This document shows, piece after piece, positions 10,582-22,636 of a stretch of DNA of 64,000 bases. Positions within the stretch are counted from its first letter, which is position 1. Every line of letters begins with the position of its first letter. The notes beneath the pieces were generated by a model. That model ran no database searches. It had not been told where the DNA came from and saw only the letters and a program-made list of their open reading frames with translations. The position numbers and the translations under genes are program-made. The DNA is from Schmidtea polychroa (Eukaryota), in contig CM097885.1 in NCBI GenBank assembly GCA_044892525.1, positions 51,090,001 to 51,154,000 on the forward strand, written 5' to 3'.

Positions 10582-11445
10582 TGTTGGGGTTCAACAAAAG
10601 AGGCACAAAAATGAGGTGAAAATTGATAAAAACACCAAATTCAAAATAAAAATTTAAAGTACAAAATATTAATTAAAAAATCAAAATTTTAAAAATGAAT
10701 ATTTTCTGGGGGAAACTGGTATGGGCGGATGCTAAATAATGAGACGAGTTCAGCTATAATAAAATAAAATCAATGGGGGGTCCCTAAAAGGAATAAATTA
10801 CAAAAAACAAAAATTAATTAAAAATTAATTAACTAATGGAAAACCCGAGCTAATGGGAAACCCGAGCTAATGGAGAACCCGAGCTAATGAGAAACCCGAT
10901 ACAATGGAAAACCCGAGCGAATTGAGAAATCCAATTTCGGGAAGGCAATTAATTTAGCCGGATAAAAAGCGCCGTCAAAGGAAATGAGCAAATTCCCTTC
11001 AATTAAATTAGACCTCCAATAGGAAGCCCGGGGGAAATAAAACCAAAAATAATTGGCAAAAATAAAGTCAATTAACAAGCGAGTATAAAAGCAACTGACA
11101 AGAAAACAAAATGCCAGTTGGTCGAAGAAAAGAAAACAGAAGTTGACGAGAGTGAAAAAGGAAATATCAAAGTTAGTCGAAAGTAAACCATATAAAAAAA
11201 AATCGAACGTACCAGAAAGGGATATCTCCCGTTGGAAGATCTACCCCTGCGTGAGATTTGTTGGCAATTGAAAAGTGCAGACAAAACCTGATTGTATCAA
11301 GTGTGAGTAAACTAATACAAGTGTAAAAGTGTAACTGCATCAGTGTCAATAAAGATTTTGTGTTGGGTTATTTGTTTATTTATTTATTTGGAAAAGAACA
11401 CAAAGGAGTCAGACCGTAGTACCGACTTGCATTAAAAACCCAACA
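10582..11445 (+). mobile_element. 3' LTR (864 bp)
   Basis: Inverted ends TGTTGGG...CCCAACA, preceding PPT, internal ~16-17-bp tandem repeats (TAATGGAAAACCCGAGC, 10834-10918), TATAAAA near 11084, AATAAA at 11348. Confidence 0.8.
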
Positions 11446-12533
11446 ATTGTAAGGGAGATATAGTCGATTGAATTTAATGAAGGATGGGTTAAGATGGGAA
11501 TATATGATTTTTTTAAGGGTGATGTTGGTAAAATATCAATGTTTTAAGGGAAATTGCAATACATTAGTCAGTTATGAATCAATAATAATGTGAAATTATA
11601 TCGTTTTATTAGGTTTGGATTAATCCATTGTATATTAATTTAGACTTATGTTTTATTAAGTAGGGATAATGATCGATTTACTTGGTTTTGACAATGAAAA
11701 CTTTACAGATAATTGGGATTCATATCAACTTTAAATTATTTTTATCTTTATTTAGACGGAGAATGACAAAAGTTGAGAAATATGGACTTAAAACATCAAC
11801 AACAACTAAATAAAATTGATCTTTATTGAAAGAAATCTATCGATTGATTTTAATTAGTAATTAAATCGGTTGAATATCGGTAAAATGATCATTTGAAGAA
11901 ATATATTTTATTGAATGGATAAATTTAATCTTTTAATGGGACCTAGTCAGTTATATTTATTTTAAATTTCGAGTACAGTGATTAACAAAAAGTTAATTAT
12001 AACCGGTTTTATCATTAGATTTTATCAATTATTTAGGGTTAATGACCAAATTATTTTACATGTTTTATAATATTCGTGATACTAGGAATTAAAGTCATTT
12101 AAAGGGGATTTTAAGCAATCTTATTAGTCTGAGGTAAATATATAACCTTTTAAGGATATTTATCGATAAAATACTAATCTTTAAAGATAGTTATTTCAGG
12201 GAAATTTGATGCTTTTTAGATGATATTTGTAATAATAATATGAATTAAGGGTTGAAATATAGTCATTTAAGGTATTTTAAGGAATCTTGTTAGTTTGAGG
12301 TGAATATATGATCTTTAACAAGTACTTATCGATAAGATACTAATCTTAAAAGATATAGTTATTTCAGGGAAATTTGATGCTTTTTAGATGATTTTATTGG
12401 AGAATTCACTTGGATATACCAATTATTGTCATTTAAATGAATTTACTGGTTTGTTAGATGTTATCATTAGTTATCTAGTCTCTTTTGGAATTTAATGATA
12501 ATTATTTTTATTGTAGATTGCTGACTTTGATAA

Positions 12534-13233
12534 TTGTAATGAATTTATACTGATTTTTTGAATATATTGAGAAATCAGTCAATCAATTTGAGTACATGTA
12601 TTACTTTTAAAAAAATAATTAAAATTAATTTTATTTCAATTAATTTATTCAATCTAAATCAATTATCTACTAGATCTTATTTCAGAATTCTTATTAATTT
12701 ATTATCTTAGTTGATTCATATTAACTTGAATGATCAATGACTAGAATTTAAAGTTCTTTCTTGTCCATTAATTACATTTTTATGACATTTATTTTGAAAA
12801 TTTTAAATTTTTACAATTATTTAATCAATTTTTACAAAGTTATTGATGTCTTGAGTTCAATTAATTTTTCATCCAATATTTGTAATGAATTTATACTGAT
12901 TTTTTGAATATATTGAGAAATCAGTCAATCAATTTGAGTACATGTATTACTTTTACAAAAATAATTAAAATTAATTTTATTTCAATTAATTTATTCAATC
13001 TAAATCAATTATTTACTAGATTTTATTTAAAATTTTATTAATTTATTAACTTAGTTGATTCAACTTGAATGATCAGTATTTTATTTTATTTACTGGATGA
13101 TTAGAATTTTTTTCTTGTCCATTAATTAAATTTTTATGATATTTATTTCGAATAATTTAAATTTTTTACAATAATTTAATCAATTTTTACCTAGTTATTG
13201 ATGCCTTGAGTTCAAATAATTTTTCATCCAATT
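12534..13233. repeat. Tandem duplication, ~347-bp unit x2
   Basis: TTGTAATGAATTTATACTGATTTTTTGAATATATTGAG... begins at both 12534 and 12880. Confidence 0.85.
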
Positions 13234-13528
13234 TTTCAAGTGAAGAGTATTTGCTTTTAAAGATCAATTTGTTAGTACATAGTTGTTGGTTGTAAGTAGT
13301 TGGTTGACTTTTTAGATTTTGATAAGAAAATAGTGTATGCGATGAAGAATATTTTGTATTTGGTAGTTGGTACAGTGTTGTTTACTGATTGTTGTTATAT
13401 AGTTGTAGGTTGATATTTGTTAATTTCTCGATGGGTTTTGATGGTGGTTGTTAGTAGTAGTTGTTTGAAACCTAGTGGTTAGTACTTGGTATCTAGTTAA
13501 TGGGTAGGTTGTGGTTGAGTGTTACCAA

Positions 13529-13626
13529 TACCCCTACGACTAGTACCTTTACGACCAGTACCCTTACGACCAGTACCCTTACGACTAATACCCATACGAC
13601 CAGTACCCTTACGACCTGTACCCTTA
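13529..13626. repeat. 15-bp minisatellite (CCCTTACGACCAGTA)
   Basis: About 6 tandem copies. Confidence 0.9.
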
Positions 13627-14089
13627 GGGGGTCAAAACATCCTGTCGGATAGACTAAGAGTATATATAATAAAACTGATCAACAATAAGTATTTATTGAA
13701 TGCGATTTTTACTTTGCAATAATAAGTCAGTAGTTATCATTAAAAAGAAGAATGTTTTGTAAATTAGAATTCATTAGTCTTTCATTGTAATTAAAATTAT
13801 TTTGAATTCCACGTGGTGATGAGTTGTGGTTTTTTGATGAAAATCAACATTTTTGTTAAATTTGAAAAGGTTTTTCTAATGATTGTAAATAAATATATTT
13901 TTGAAGATAGATAAAAAATTAATTTAAAAAGCATTTCATAAAATACAGTGAAGAATATTTAGTAGTTAGTTGTAAGTATCTGGTTGTTTGAGAGTTAGTT
14001 AGTACGTGGTATCATGTTGTAAGTATTTGTTAGCACCTAGTTAAAAAATAATCAGTAACCGATTGTTGGTAACTGTTGAATTATTATTA

Positions 14090-14161
<72 letters not shown>

Positions 14162-14677
14162 CATTTAAATTTCCATTTAAATTTTCATTATAAATTACAT
14201 TTCTCAAAAAAGTTGGTGGTTATTCAATCTTTTGATAATAAATTTAAAAATCTTACTTTAATTTACTTATTTAGCTTTAATTTAAAATTTGAACCATTGT
14301 TTTCTTTAATTTTAAATTTTGAACCTTAATTTACTTATTTAAAATTTTTAACTTTAATTTACCTAATTATTCTTTATTTCTTAATTTTACACCATAATTT
14401 ACTTAACAACTAAATATAATCCTTATTTTCATATTTAAACAATAATTTCATGTGGTCATCTGGTTGTAAGTGTTTGGTATCTAGTTGACAGTAATAGGTA
14501 TCTTGTACTTGGTTGTTAGTACTTGGTTGATAATGCTTAGTACCTGGTTGATGTTGGTTGTATGTACTTGGTATCTAGTTGTTAGTAACTAGTAGCTAGT
14601 TAATAGGTAGGTGGTTGTAGGTACTTGGTATCTAGTTGTTAGTATTTATTAGTATTTGTTACTTATTTAAAATTTTT

Positions 14678-15218
14678 TACCATTGATTACTTAATTTAAA
14701 AATTTGGACCATTGTTTACTGTAATTTAATTTTTAAGAACTTAAATTTACTTTAATTTAAAAATTTGGACCATTATTTACTTTAATTGAAAAATCTGGAC
14801 CATAATTTACTGTAATTTAATATTTTAGAACCATAATTTACTTTAATTTAATTTTTAGAACCATTATTTACTGTAATTTAATTTTTAGAACCATACTTTA
14901 CTTTAATTCAAAAATTTGGACCATAATTTACTGTAATTTAAAATGTTTGACCATAATTTACTGTAATTTAATTTTTAGACCATAATTTATTGTAATTTCA
15001 ATTTTTAGAACCATAATTTACTTTAATTCAATTTTTAGGACCATAATTTACTTTAATTTAATTTTTTGGACCATAATTTACTGTAATTCAAAAATTTTGA
15101 CCATAATTTACTGTAATTTAATTTTTAAGAACCATTAATTACTGTATTTGAAAAATTTGGACCATAATTTACTGTAATTTAATTTTTTAGGACCATTATT
15201 TACTTTAATTGAAAAATT
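14678..15218. repeat. ~30-bp minisatellite (GACCATAATTTACTGTAATTTAATTTTTTA-like)
   Basis: About 17 tandem imperfect copies. Confidence 0.9.
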
Positions 15219-16125
15219 TACCACTGTTTTTTAGTGTAGACCACCTTTTTCTCAGGACCAAGGAGACTCACCTCACTATAGTCTGAAAAATCCTTGGCTT
15301 TTTTAGTGTAGACCACCTTTTTGTATTGAAAATATCCTGAGACCTTAAATTACCATGCTTTTTTATTGGTAGATAGATTTTTGTATTGAAAATATCCTGA
15401 GACCTTAAATTACCACGTTTTTTTAGTGTAGACCACCTATTTCTCAGGACCAAGGAGACTCACCTCACTATAGTCTGAATAATCCATGCTTTTTGATTGA
15501 GACCAGCTTTTTGTATTGAAAATATCCTGAGACCTTAAATTGCCACTGTTTTTTAGTGTAGACCATATTTTTGTATTGAAAATATCCTGAGACCTTAAAT
15601 TACCATGCTTTTTTATTGAGACCAGCTTTTTGTATTGAAAATATCCTGAGACCTTAAATTACCATGCTTTTTTAATGTAGACCACCTATTTCTCAGGACC
15701 AAGGACTCACCTCACTATAGTCTGAAAAATCCTTGGCTTTTTTAGTGGTAGTCGGATTTTTGTATTGAAAAATTTTATTTGTATTGAAAATCCAAGGACC
15801 ATCGAGACCCCCTCACTATAGTGTGAATAATCCTTGGCTTTTTAGTGAGACCGCCTTTTTGTATTGAAAAAAATTTTTTTGTATTGAAAATCCCAGGACC
15901 ATCGAGACCCCCTCACTATAGTGTGATAAATCCTTGACCTTTTTATTGATAGTCGGATTTTTGTATAGAAAAAATTATATTTGTATTGAAAATCCCAGGA
16001 TCATCGTTTTTGTATTGAAAAATTTTTTTTGTATTGAAAATCCCAGGACCATCGTTTTTGTATTGAAAATTTTTTTTGTATTGATAATTCCAGGACCATC
16101 GAGACCCCTTCACTATAGTCTGAAA
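15219..16125. repeat. Complex ~60-bp minisatellite array
   Basis: Recurring TTTTGTATTGAAAATATCCTGAGACCTTAAATT and CCTCACTATAGT modules. Confidence 0.85.
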
Positions 16126-16622
16126 AATTGCATAATCAAAAGTTGCAACAAAAAAAAAGTTGTAATAACCCCCCCCCCGGGGGGGGGGGGTAATTGTTGC
16201 ATTACGCTACTAACTACCTACTCTAGTGGTTTGTCTATAGGAGGGTTAGGAAAACTTGGATTTTGCAAACAGTTTCTTTGTATCGACTAATTTATTAGTC
16301 CGCGAAGGTGAACTTGATTTTTCATACGCCATGTTTGCAAGTTTACAGATTTTCTGTGACCAAGCTAAAAAGCAAGCAATGCGACATTAAGTATACCAGG
16401 GAAAGTATACAATAAATTTAAATCAACACTGTTGTCATCACTATTGTTTCTGTACTTTTATGGATTGGGGCGTTGTCTTAAAACAGCTTTAAAAAGAGAC
16501 TACTTGGCTCCCGTCGATTTCGTTTTCACGTGCTCACGATATTACTGGAATAGGCTGAATATTTAAAATTTAAATCAAGTTGTAATTAAAAAAGAGAATA
16601 ATGACAAAATGGGAACGTGTTA

Positions 16623-17406
16623 TCTATACTATAAAACAGAAAACACATGCATCTGTTTGTTTATATGTCTGTCTGTCACTGGAACTCCTCCAAAATAGTG
16701 AATAGTAGCGACATAAGATTTCATGTCATTAAGACTACAATTTATAGGTTAACTATACTAATTTCAAGTTAACAGGCTTGAAGTTGACAAATGACTGCTT
16801 TTCACATAAACACCTTTAAGTGAGAATGTCAAAGGCAAAGGATTCCTCAACATTGTTCATCATGCCGATTAAATGGAGACAAAATATTTGTATATAGCTA
16901 AGTATTGAAATAAATTTGTAATAACATGATTAATATCAGTGGTGGGATTCAGCCGGTTCGCACCGGTTCGTGCGAACCGTTTCCTAAAAGTTTTTGGGTT
17001 CGCAGAACAGGCAGTGTTTACCAACAATTTAGCATGAAACAAAAAGTAAATAATCGCATAGGAAATTCAAACATTTTCAAAAAAAAAGTAAACAATCGAA
17101 TACGAAATTCAAAACATTTACCGAAGTATGCTTTACCAAAAATTTATGATTTGAATTTATGGTTTTAAAAGGTTTTCGTGAGTGTGGTTTAAATTTGTTT
17201 TATATTTTTCCAGTTATCTTTAGGTAGTGTTTGTGACAACAAATTGTATTAAAATTGTAAGTATATATTAATAAATAGTTATTGTTAAATTAATTTTATT
17301 GGAAAACAATTGACGTTAAATTTATGTTAAATTGTGTTAGTTTTACTTAATTATGTTAAATTTCTCGGTATTATTTTAGCCATCCTGAAGCGCGGTGGAC
17401 TACTAA
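16623..17406 (+). mobile_element. Putative non-autonomous Helitron with a nested hAT-like end at 16937
   Basis: A|TCTATACTATAAAA..TGTCTGTCTGTCAC 5' end, GC-rich 3' end finishing CTAA|T; CAGTGGTGGGATTCAGCCGGTTC at 16937. Confidence 0.45.
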
Positions 17407-18760
17407 TTTAATATAATGAATTAGTATACATAAAGAATAATTTTGTTTTAAATCTAATCCTTATTTTATGACAAACACCTTTTTTTTATTTTAACAAATG
17501 CCTATCCGAAATAATCAGAAAATTCATGTCATTTTATTCTCAAATATATTTTTACTAAAGATTTTAATAAAAAATTCAAAATATGTTTTAGTCTTAAGAC
17601 GGTATAAATATTATTAATATTTAAGCCTCTGAAAATGTGCAATGAAGATGTTAAGAATCAGCAAATCTTTATGAAAATTCCAAAAATATTTTAAAAGAAA
17701 GTTTTATTTTTAAAAATTTTATTATTATTTTTTTTAAATACGATTTGAAAATTGTTAACATCTAATAATAATAATATTAAATAACATTTCTAAATAATCT
17801 AAAAAACTTACGAAATAAATTTATTTTATCTTTACTATATTTATTAGTATCTTTGAAAGAATGTATCTTTTACTTCAGATAAAATTAAAATTTTTTTTTG
17901 CAAAAGAAATATACGGTAAAATAGTTTCGATTTCAACAAATTGTAAAATGTCAATGAATTCATGCAGACTGTAAAAATAATTTCTCTTTAAAATAAATGT
18001 AAATTAATATTAAATTTTGCTTGAATGTCTACATAACTAAAATTATTAAAAATGAGAGAAATATTAAAATATCAAAATAATAATTTATATTTAATAATAT
18101 TTATATCAGTATTTATAATGCAGAATAAATTTCCTAAGAATTAATAAAAATTCGAAAATATAAGTATTTATTTCATTTAATTTTCAACATTATATCATAA
18201 TTCATCATTTTCATAGATAAATAAACCCAGTACAACCAAAGATATTGATTTTTTAATATATATTTATTTTATAATTTATAAAGTTTTTAGAAATCCAAAT
18301 TTAAACTTTAAAATTTTCAGTCATTTACATGAAATTGGCAAATAATGAAAATAAATTACATCTGTTTATCAGTAAAATTGTTGTAAATTTATATTTTATA
18401 ATTCATTACCTATATTTATCATTTGGATACAATATAGTGAAAAGCTCAAAGTTTAAATTCATATTTTTTTAAAGCTAATGTCTTACAAAAATATTTTTAA
18501 TTTCTTTAAATATTTATTATAAAAATAGCAAAACAAATTGATAATAACAAAATAAAATGAATTTTTTTACCCCGAGATATGCAACAAATGCTTTATGTTG
18601 AAGTTTCTAAAAGCGATTTAGAGCGCATTAAAGAATAGGTTAATTGTAAATATTGTTATTATAAAAATTAAATATTTTTTAATTATTATAAAATAACCGT
18701 TGTCTATTTAAAGAAAATTTATTAGAAAATATTAGAATTTACTATATTTGAATTCCTGAA

Positions 18761-19500
18761 AGCCCCATGAATCAGTATGAGTTATCGCACATATATAGCC
18801 CCCTCCCCCAGCTGATGAGTTATTGCGCGTTTGATCGATGAGTTATCGCGCATATATTGATTTTTAAGTGCAAAAAGTGCAAAATCTGCAAAATTTAGTC
18901 AGATGTGCTTTTCTTACATTAAAGATTTCACCCAGACATTGTCCACGAAAAAGATTTGTTATTTGTCGACACAGATTATTTTATATGAAAATCAACGAAA
19001 AGATTTCTTTTCGATATAAATTTCACGTTTTTAGGGAATAATTTTTGGAACATTGGGAACCAAGTATATTTAATCGAGACATCCTTCACGAAAAAGTTGC
19101 GTCTTGATTCAACTAAGAAGATTCAGAAATAATATCCTCGAAAAGTTTCTTGGTTCTCCCTGGAATTAAGAAAAGGTAAAAACAATCGATAATTCTCAAA
19201 AATATTTTCAACGATTCTATTTATGACAATGCATCGTAAAATTTACATATTTTGATGGGACTTTGAGCTATCTATAGTAGTTTTGAATGGAGATTTCAAA
19301 TCTTTGTTCAAATGTATACTGTTATTGCGTCAACTATGAATATTTGTTTAAATAAACTCATTTGATTAATATATAGAGCCAACATAAATAGAGATATTAA
19401 TACCAATGTTTTAGTTTTATACGTAATTAAAATCAGAGATCTCGAATCTTTGTTTTAAAAATTATTTTTCGCGCGCAATTTAAAAAATATTAACTATTTC
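18761..19500 (+). repeat. Maverick left terminal inverted repeat (outer 17 bp missing)
   Basis: Reverse complement of 33316-34050. Confidence 0.95.
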
Positions 19501-19538
19501 TAATTAAATTTTTAAAACAATGAAACATTTATTAAAAA

Positions 19539-19895
19539 CTATTTGAAATATTTATACAATTCGTTGAGTAGGTTGTTTACTGTTTGTTTTCTTTTGTAAG
19601 TAATACATTCTTGACATTGATATTGACAACATGAATCTTTTAGTAATTGAGTTTGCTTTTCATATCCATACATCATAAATTTATGGTGAAAAATAATACG
19701 CTCTATGTTAATCCCAGTTGCCTGAAATATTTTGGCTGGTGCAATTTCCGGAGCATAATTTATAATTTCATCTTGGATTTCCGGATAAATCTCAACCACT
19801 TTATTAATTAGAATTTCTATTTGATAATCTAAACATAATTTAAAAAGTTTAAGAATAAAATATATTTATTTACCGATTTCAGAAACTTGTGACAT
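19539..19895 (-). CDS. Maverick accessory protein, ~103 aa, two exons (19895-19874, 19828-19539)
   Basis: ATG..ATC G|gtaaat..tttag|AT TAT splices in frame across a 45-nt stop-containing intron; CCxxxCxxC cluster near the C-terminus. Confidence 0.55.
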
Positions 19896-19931
19896 TGTAA
19901 TAAATGAAACAAATGTTAAAGTGTACAATAT

Positions 19932-20381
19932 TTATAGTTTTTGTGAACTAATCAAATCATTTATATCATTTATAATGTTGTTGACAATCCAATTATAATT
20001 TAGAGTTTTTAAACCAAGTACAACTATTTTTCCACTAGAAAACAAGTTTACACACAAGGGGTTATAAGATATGAGACGCAAACCCGGGAATATTTCTGGT
20101 TCATATACACATTTTGTTTTCTTTGACAAATATTGCAAATTAATTAGTTGTTTGATATCAATAGTAATTGTACAAGATTGAAGATGAACATCTTTAATAT
20201 TATAATGTATACTTTCAATAGGTTTTTTGCAACCCATTATTCGACATTTCCCTGTATTGAAGAATATAATTGTATAATTATTAGTTTTATCTATTATTTG
20301 CTGAGGTTTACCATAAGGAAAATTCATATTTTGTATAACTTTTAATGAAACCCGTCCACGGTAATTAATATTTACTAACAT
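19932..20381 (-). CDS. TBP: TATA-binding-protein-like protein encoded by the Maverick
   Basis: Repeat 2: INLQYL..YEPEIFPGL..VNLFSSGKIVVLG; shortened repeat 1: IIFFNTGKCRIMGCK. Confidence 0.88.
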   Translation of the reverse strand: MLVNINYRGRVSLKVIQNMNFPYGKPQQIIDKTNNYTIIFFNTGKCRIMGCKKPIESIHYNIKDVHLQSCTITIDIKQLINLQYLSKKTKCVYEPEIFPGLRLISYNPLCVNLFSSGKIVVLGLKTLNYNWIVNNIINDINDLISSQKL

Positions 20382-20539
20382 TATTGAAAATGATGGATAA
20401 CAACTAGGTAATTATATTGATTATTTTAAATTTTAAATATTATTATGACAACCAAATTATGATATCATAACAACACGATTTTTAAACATAAACATTTATT
20501 TATTAAAAATAACATAAGATATTAACATACATAATTTCT

Positions 20540-20932
20540 TTACACTTTTCCACTTACAATCTTCCATAAAGGTAATATTGCTGTACTTGACGCTATTTTA
20601 TAACCTTGAATGCGAATTTTCATATTCCATTTAGCATTAGGTTTAAATGGGATTTGATTCTCGTCTTCATCATAAAATTTCGTTGATGGACCGCCTATGA
20701 ATGAACCATTTTCATTAACTATAAGTTGGTTGTTGATTCGTCCAAATATTGTAGTAATCGCTTCTTGATCTTCTTGAGAGAATTCTTCAATCCAGTAATT
20801 GTAACTAGTTTTCACTAGTTCAACAGGAATCAACAAATTGTAATTGATTGGATTGACTAGTAAATGCATTTGATGCTCATAAAAAATATAAGTTGCTTTA
20901 AATAACGGTTGCTCATTCTTCATATTCAACAT
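20540..20932 (-). CDS. Hypothetical protein, possibly an OB-fold ssDNA-binding protein
   Basis: Intact 130 aa; TKFYDEDEN..IRIQGY..PLWKIV is reminiscent of T7-like SSBs of large DNA viruses. Confidence 0.45.
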   Translation of the reverse strand: MLNMKNEQPLFKATYIFYEHQMHLLVNPINYNLLIPVELVKTSYNYWIEEFSQEDQEAITTIFGRINNQLIVNENGSFIGGPSTKFYDEDENQIPFKPNAKWNMKIRIQGYKIASSTAILPLWKIVSGKV

Positions 20933-21063
20933 TTGAAATAATGATTAACTTTAAGTTCTATACACACACTGTCTCACATACATCTCTCATTTGTTCATTT
21001 TATCAACAAATCAAATACTTATTGCATTAACCAACCAAAATATGCATTAGTCTTGCATATTAA

Positions 21064-21449
21064 TTTCAAGATAAATTCATTTTTACAATAAATGAATACA
21101 TAATTGCCATTGTCAATGGTTTAATTTATAAAAGTGATGATAAAACAATAAATTGTTTAATAAAAATAATAAAAGAAGTAGAGATTCGATGTACCATTGA
21201 TTTTTATTCTATTTTATCATCGGAAGCTAATCAGGAAAAAAACATTCAAGAATGTCTTTGAATCGTTGTTTGAGGATGGTATATGTTGGTCTAAAGTCAT
21301 CGTTAGCTTAATGTACGTCAAAAACATTCTAATTTTATGTCCAAATGAACATCCAAAATATTACAAAGATTTACCCATGGATCAAAGAAAATGGTGACTG
21401 GAAATATATAAAAAAATTAGTTACATTTTTGGTTAGGAACTATGTTTAA
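21064..21449 (+). pseudogene. Bcl-2 family homolog (frameshifted)
   Basis: BH1-like FKNVFESLFEDGICWSKVIVSL; BH2-like PWIKENGDW in the shifted frame. Confidence 0.75.
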
Positions 21450-21915
21450 ACATTTCATTATATTTTTTGTCAATTTAATAAAAATTTATAAACTTTGATA
21501 GTTAATTTAACTTGCATCAAATTCATATTTATTAGTTACATATTAGTTACATAATAACATTCTAGATCAACCTAGAATGTTCTAGAACATTCTAGTTGAT
21601 TGGTAACAATAAATATTTAGATACAATAATTAGTTATTATTTATCTATGAACAAAGTCTATGAATAAAAAGAATATTCTTAGTTATATAAAAAAGTTCTA
21701 GAAGATTCTATTTGGTTGTTAACAATAGTTGCTTAGATAATTATCTATTGTTTTAATATTACATTTAAATTTCAATTTCAATTAATCAATAAATTTTTAT
21801 CTAACAAGTAAGATTTTATTTTGCTCTTGTTAAATATTTATTTTCTTTTCTTTCAGATATTATTCAATCAAAATAAAAGAAGAATGCCGAATGGTAACAA
21901 ATGGTAAAAGTTATT

Positions 21916-21920
<5 letters not shown>

Positions 21921-21992
<72 letters not shown>
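21921..21992. repeat. (TA)n microsatellite
   Basis: Visible dinucleotide repeat. Confidence 0.95.
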
Positions 21993-21996
<4 letters not shown>

Positions 21997-22482
21997 TTTT
22001 CGTTTAGAAAATATGTTGCGATATGGATCATGGAAATGATATGGAAGATTTATATAATAAATGTTCATTATATATTTTTATAATAAATTAAATTTTAATT
22101 AAATACTATTTTTTAATGAATTTTTATAATAAGCTATCTGTTTTACCCGCTTTCATTTACATTTATCATAATAATACATTTAAATTAATTTTTTAATGAT
22201 GTTATTACGTTCCAGTATTAATTTTATAAGTTTCGATTTTATGTTTAATTACAATAAGAAAAGCTTTCAAAATAAATTTCAATTTGTAAAATCGAAAACC
22301 CTTCAATTTAAATCGAAAATAACCGGTAATATTTTTCCAATTGCAAACTGGTTCACTAATCAAATAAAATTCAAATTCTATAAGTTTGAATTCTGCTTTG
22401 AAATTTTTTGACTAAATTATACTACTTTTAACTTCAAGTTGCATATAATAAATTATTAAATAAATTATTATTAAAAATAAAT

Positions 22483-22636
22483 CCGACTAAGGGTACTTAG
22501 GGGTAGTCACATGGGGTTGAAATGACCTGTGTGTAGTCCCGAGTCAAATAAGGGCCACGTGTAAAATTTCAGCACCCTAGGTCCGACGGTGAAAAATTCT
22601 ATAGAAAACAAACAAACTTTCATCTTTATATATTAT
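22483..22636 (-). mobile_element. Helitron-like 5' end fragment inside the Maverick
   Basis: Minus strand TAATATATAAAGATGAAAGTTTGTTTGT..GCTGAAATTTTACAC resembles the ends of non-autonomous Helitrons. Confidence 0.35.

Noticed and set aside
13519..13722. ORF with PVPLR repeats
   Set aside because: Product of a 15-bp minisatellite
15264..16120. CTCACTATAG resembling the T7 promoter core
   Set aside because: Lacks TAATACGA; part of a minisatellite unit, so coincidence rather than vector
14678..16125. CRISPR-like periodic array
   Set aside because: Intervening segments are themselves repeated rather than unique spacers; eukaryotic context with no cas genes
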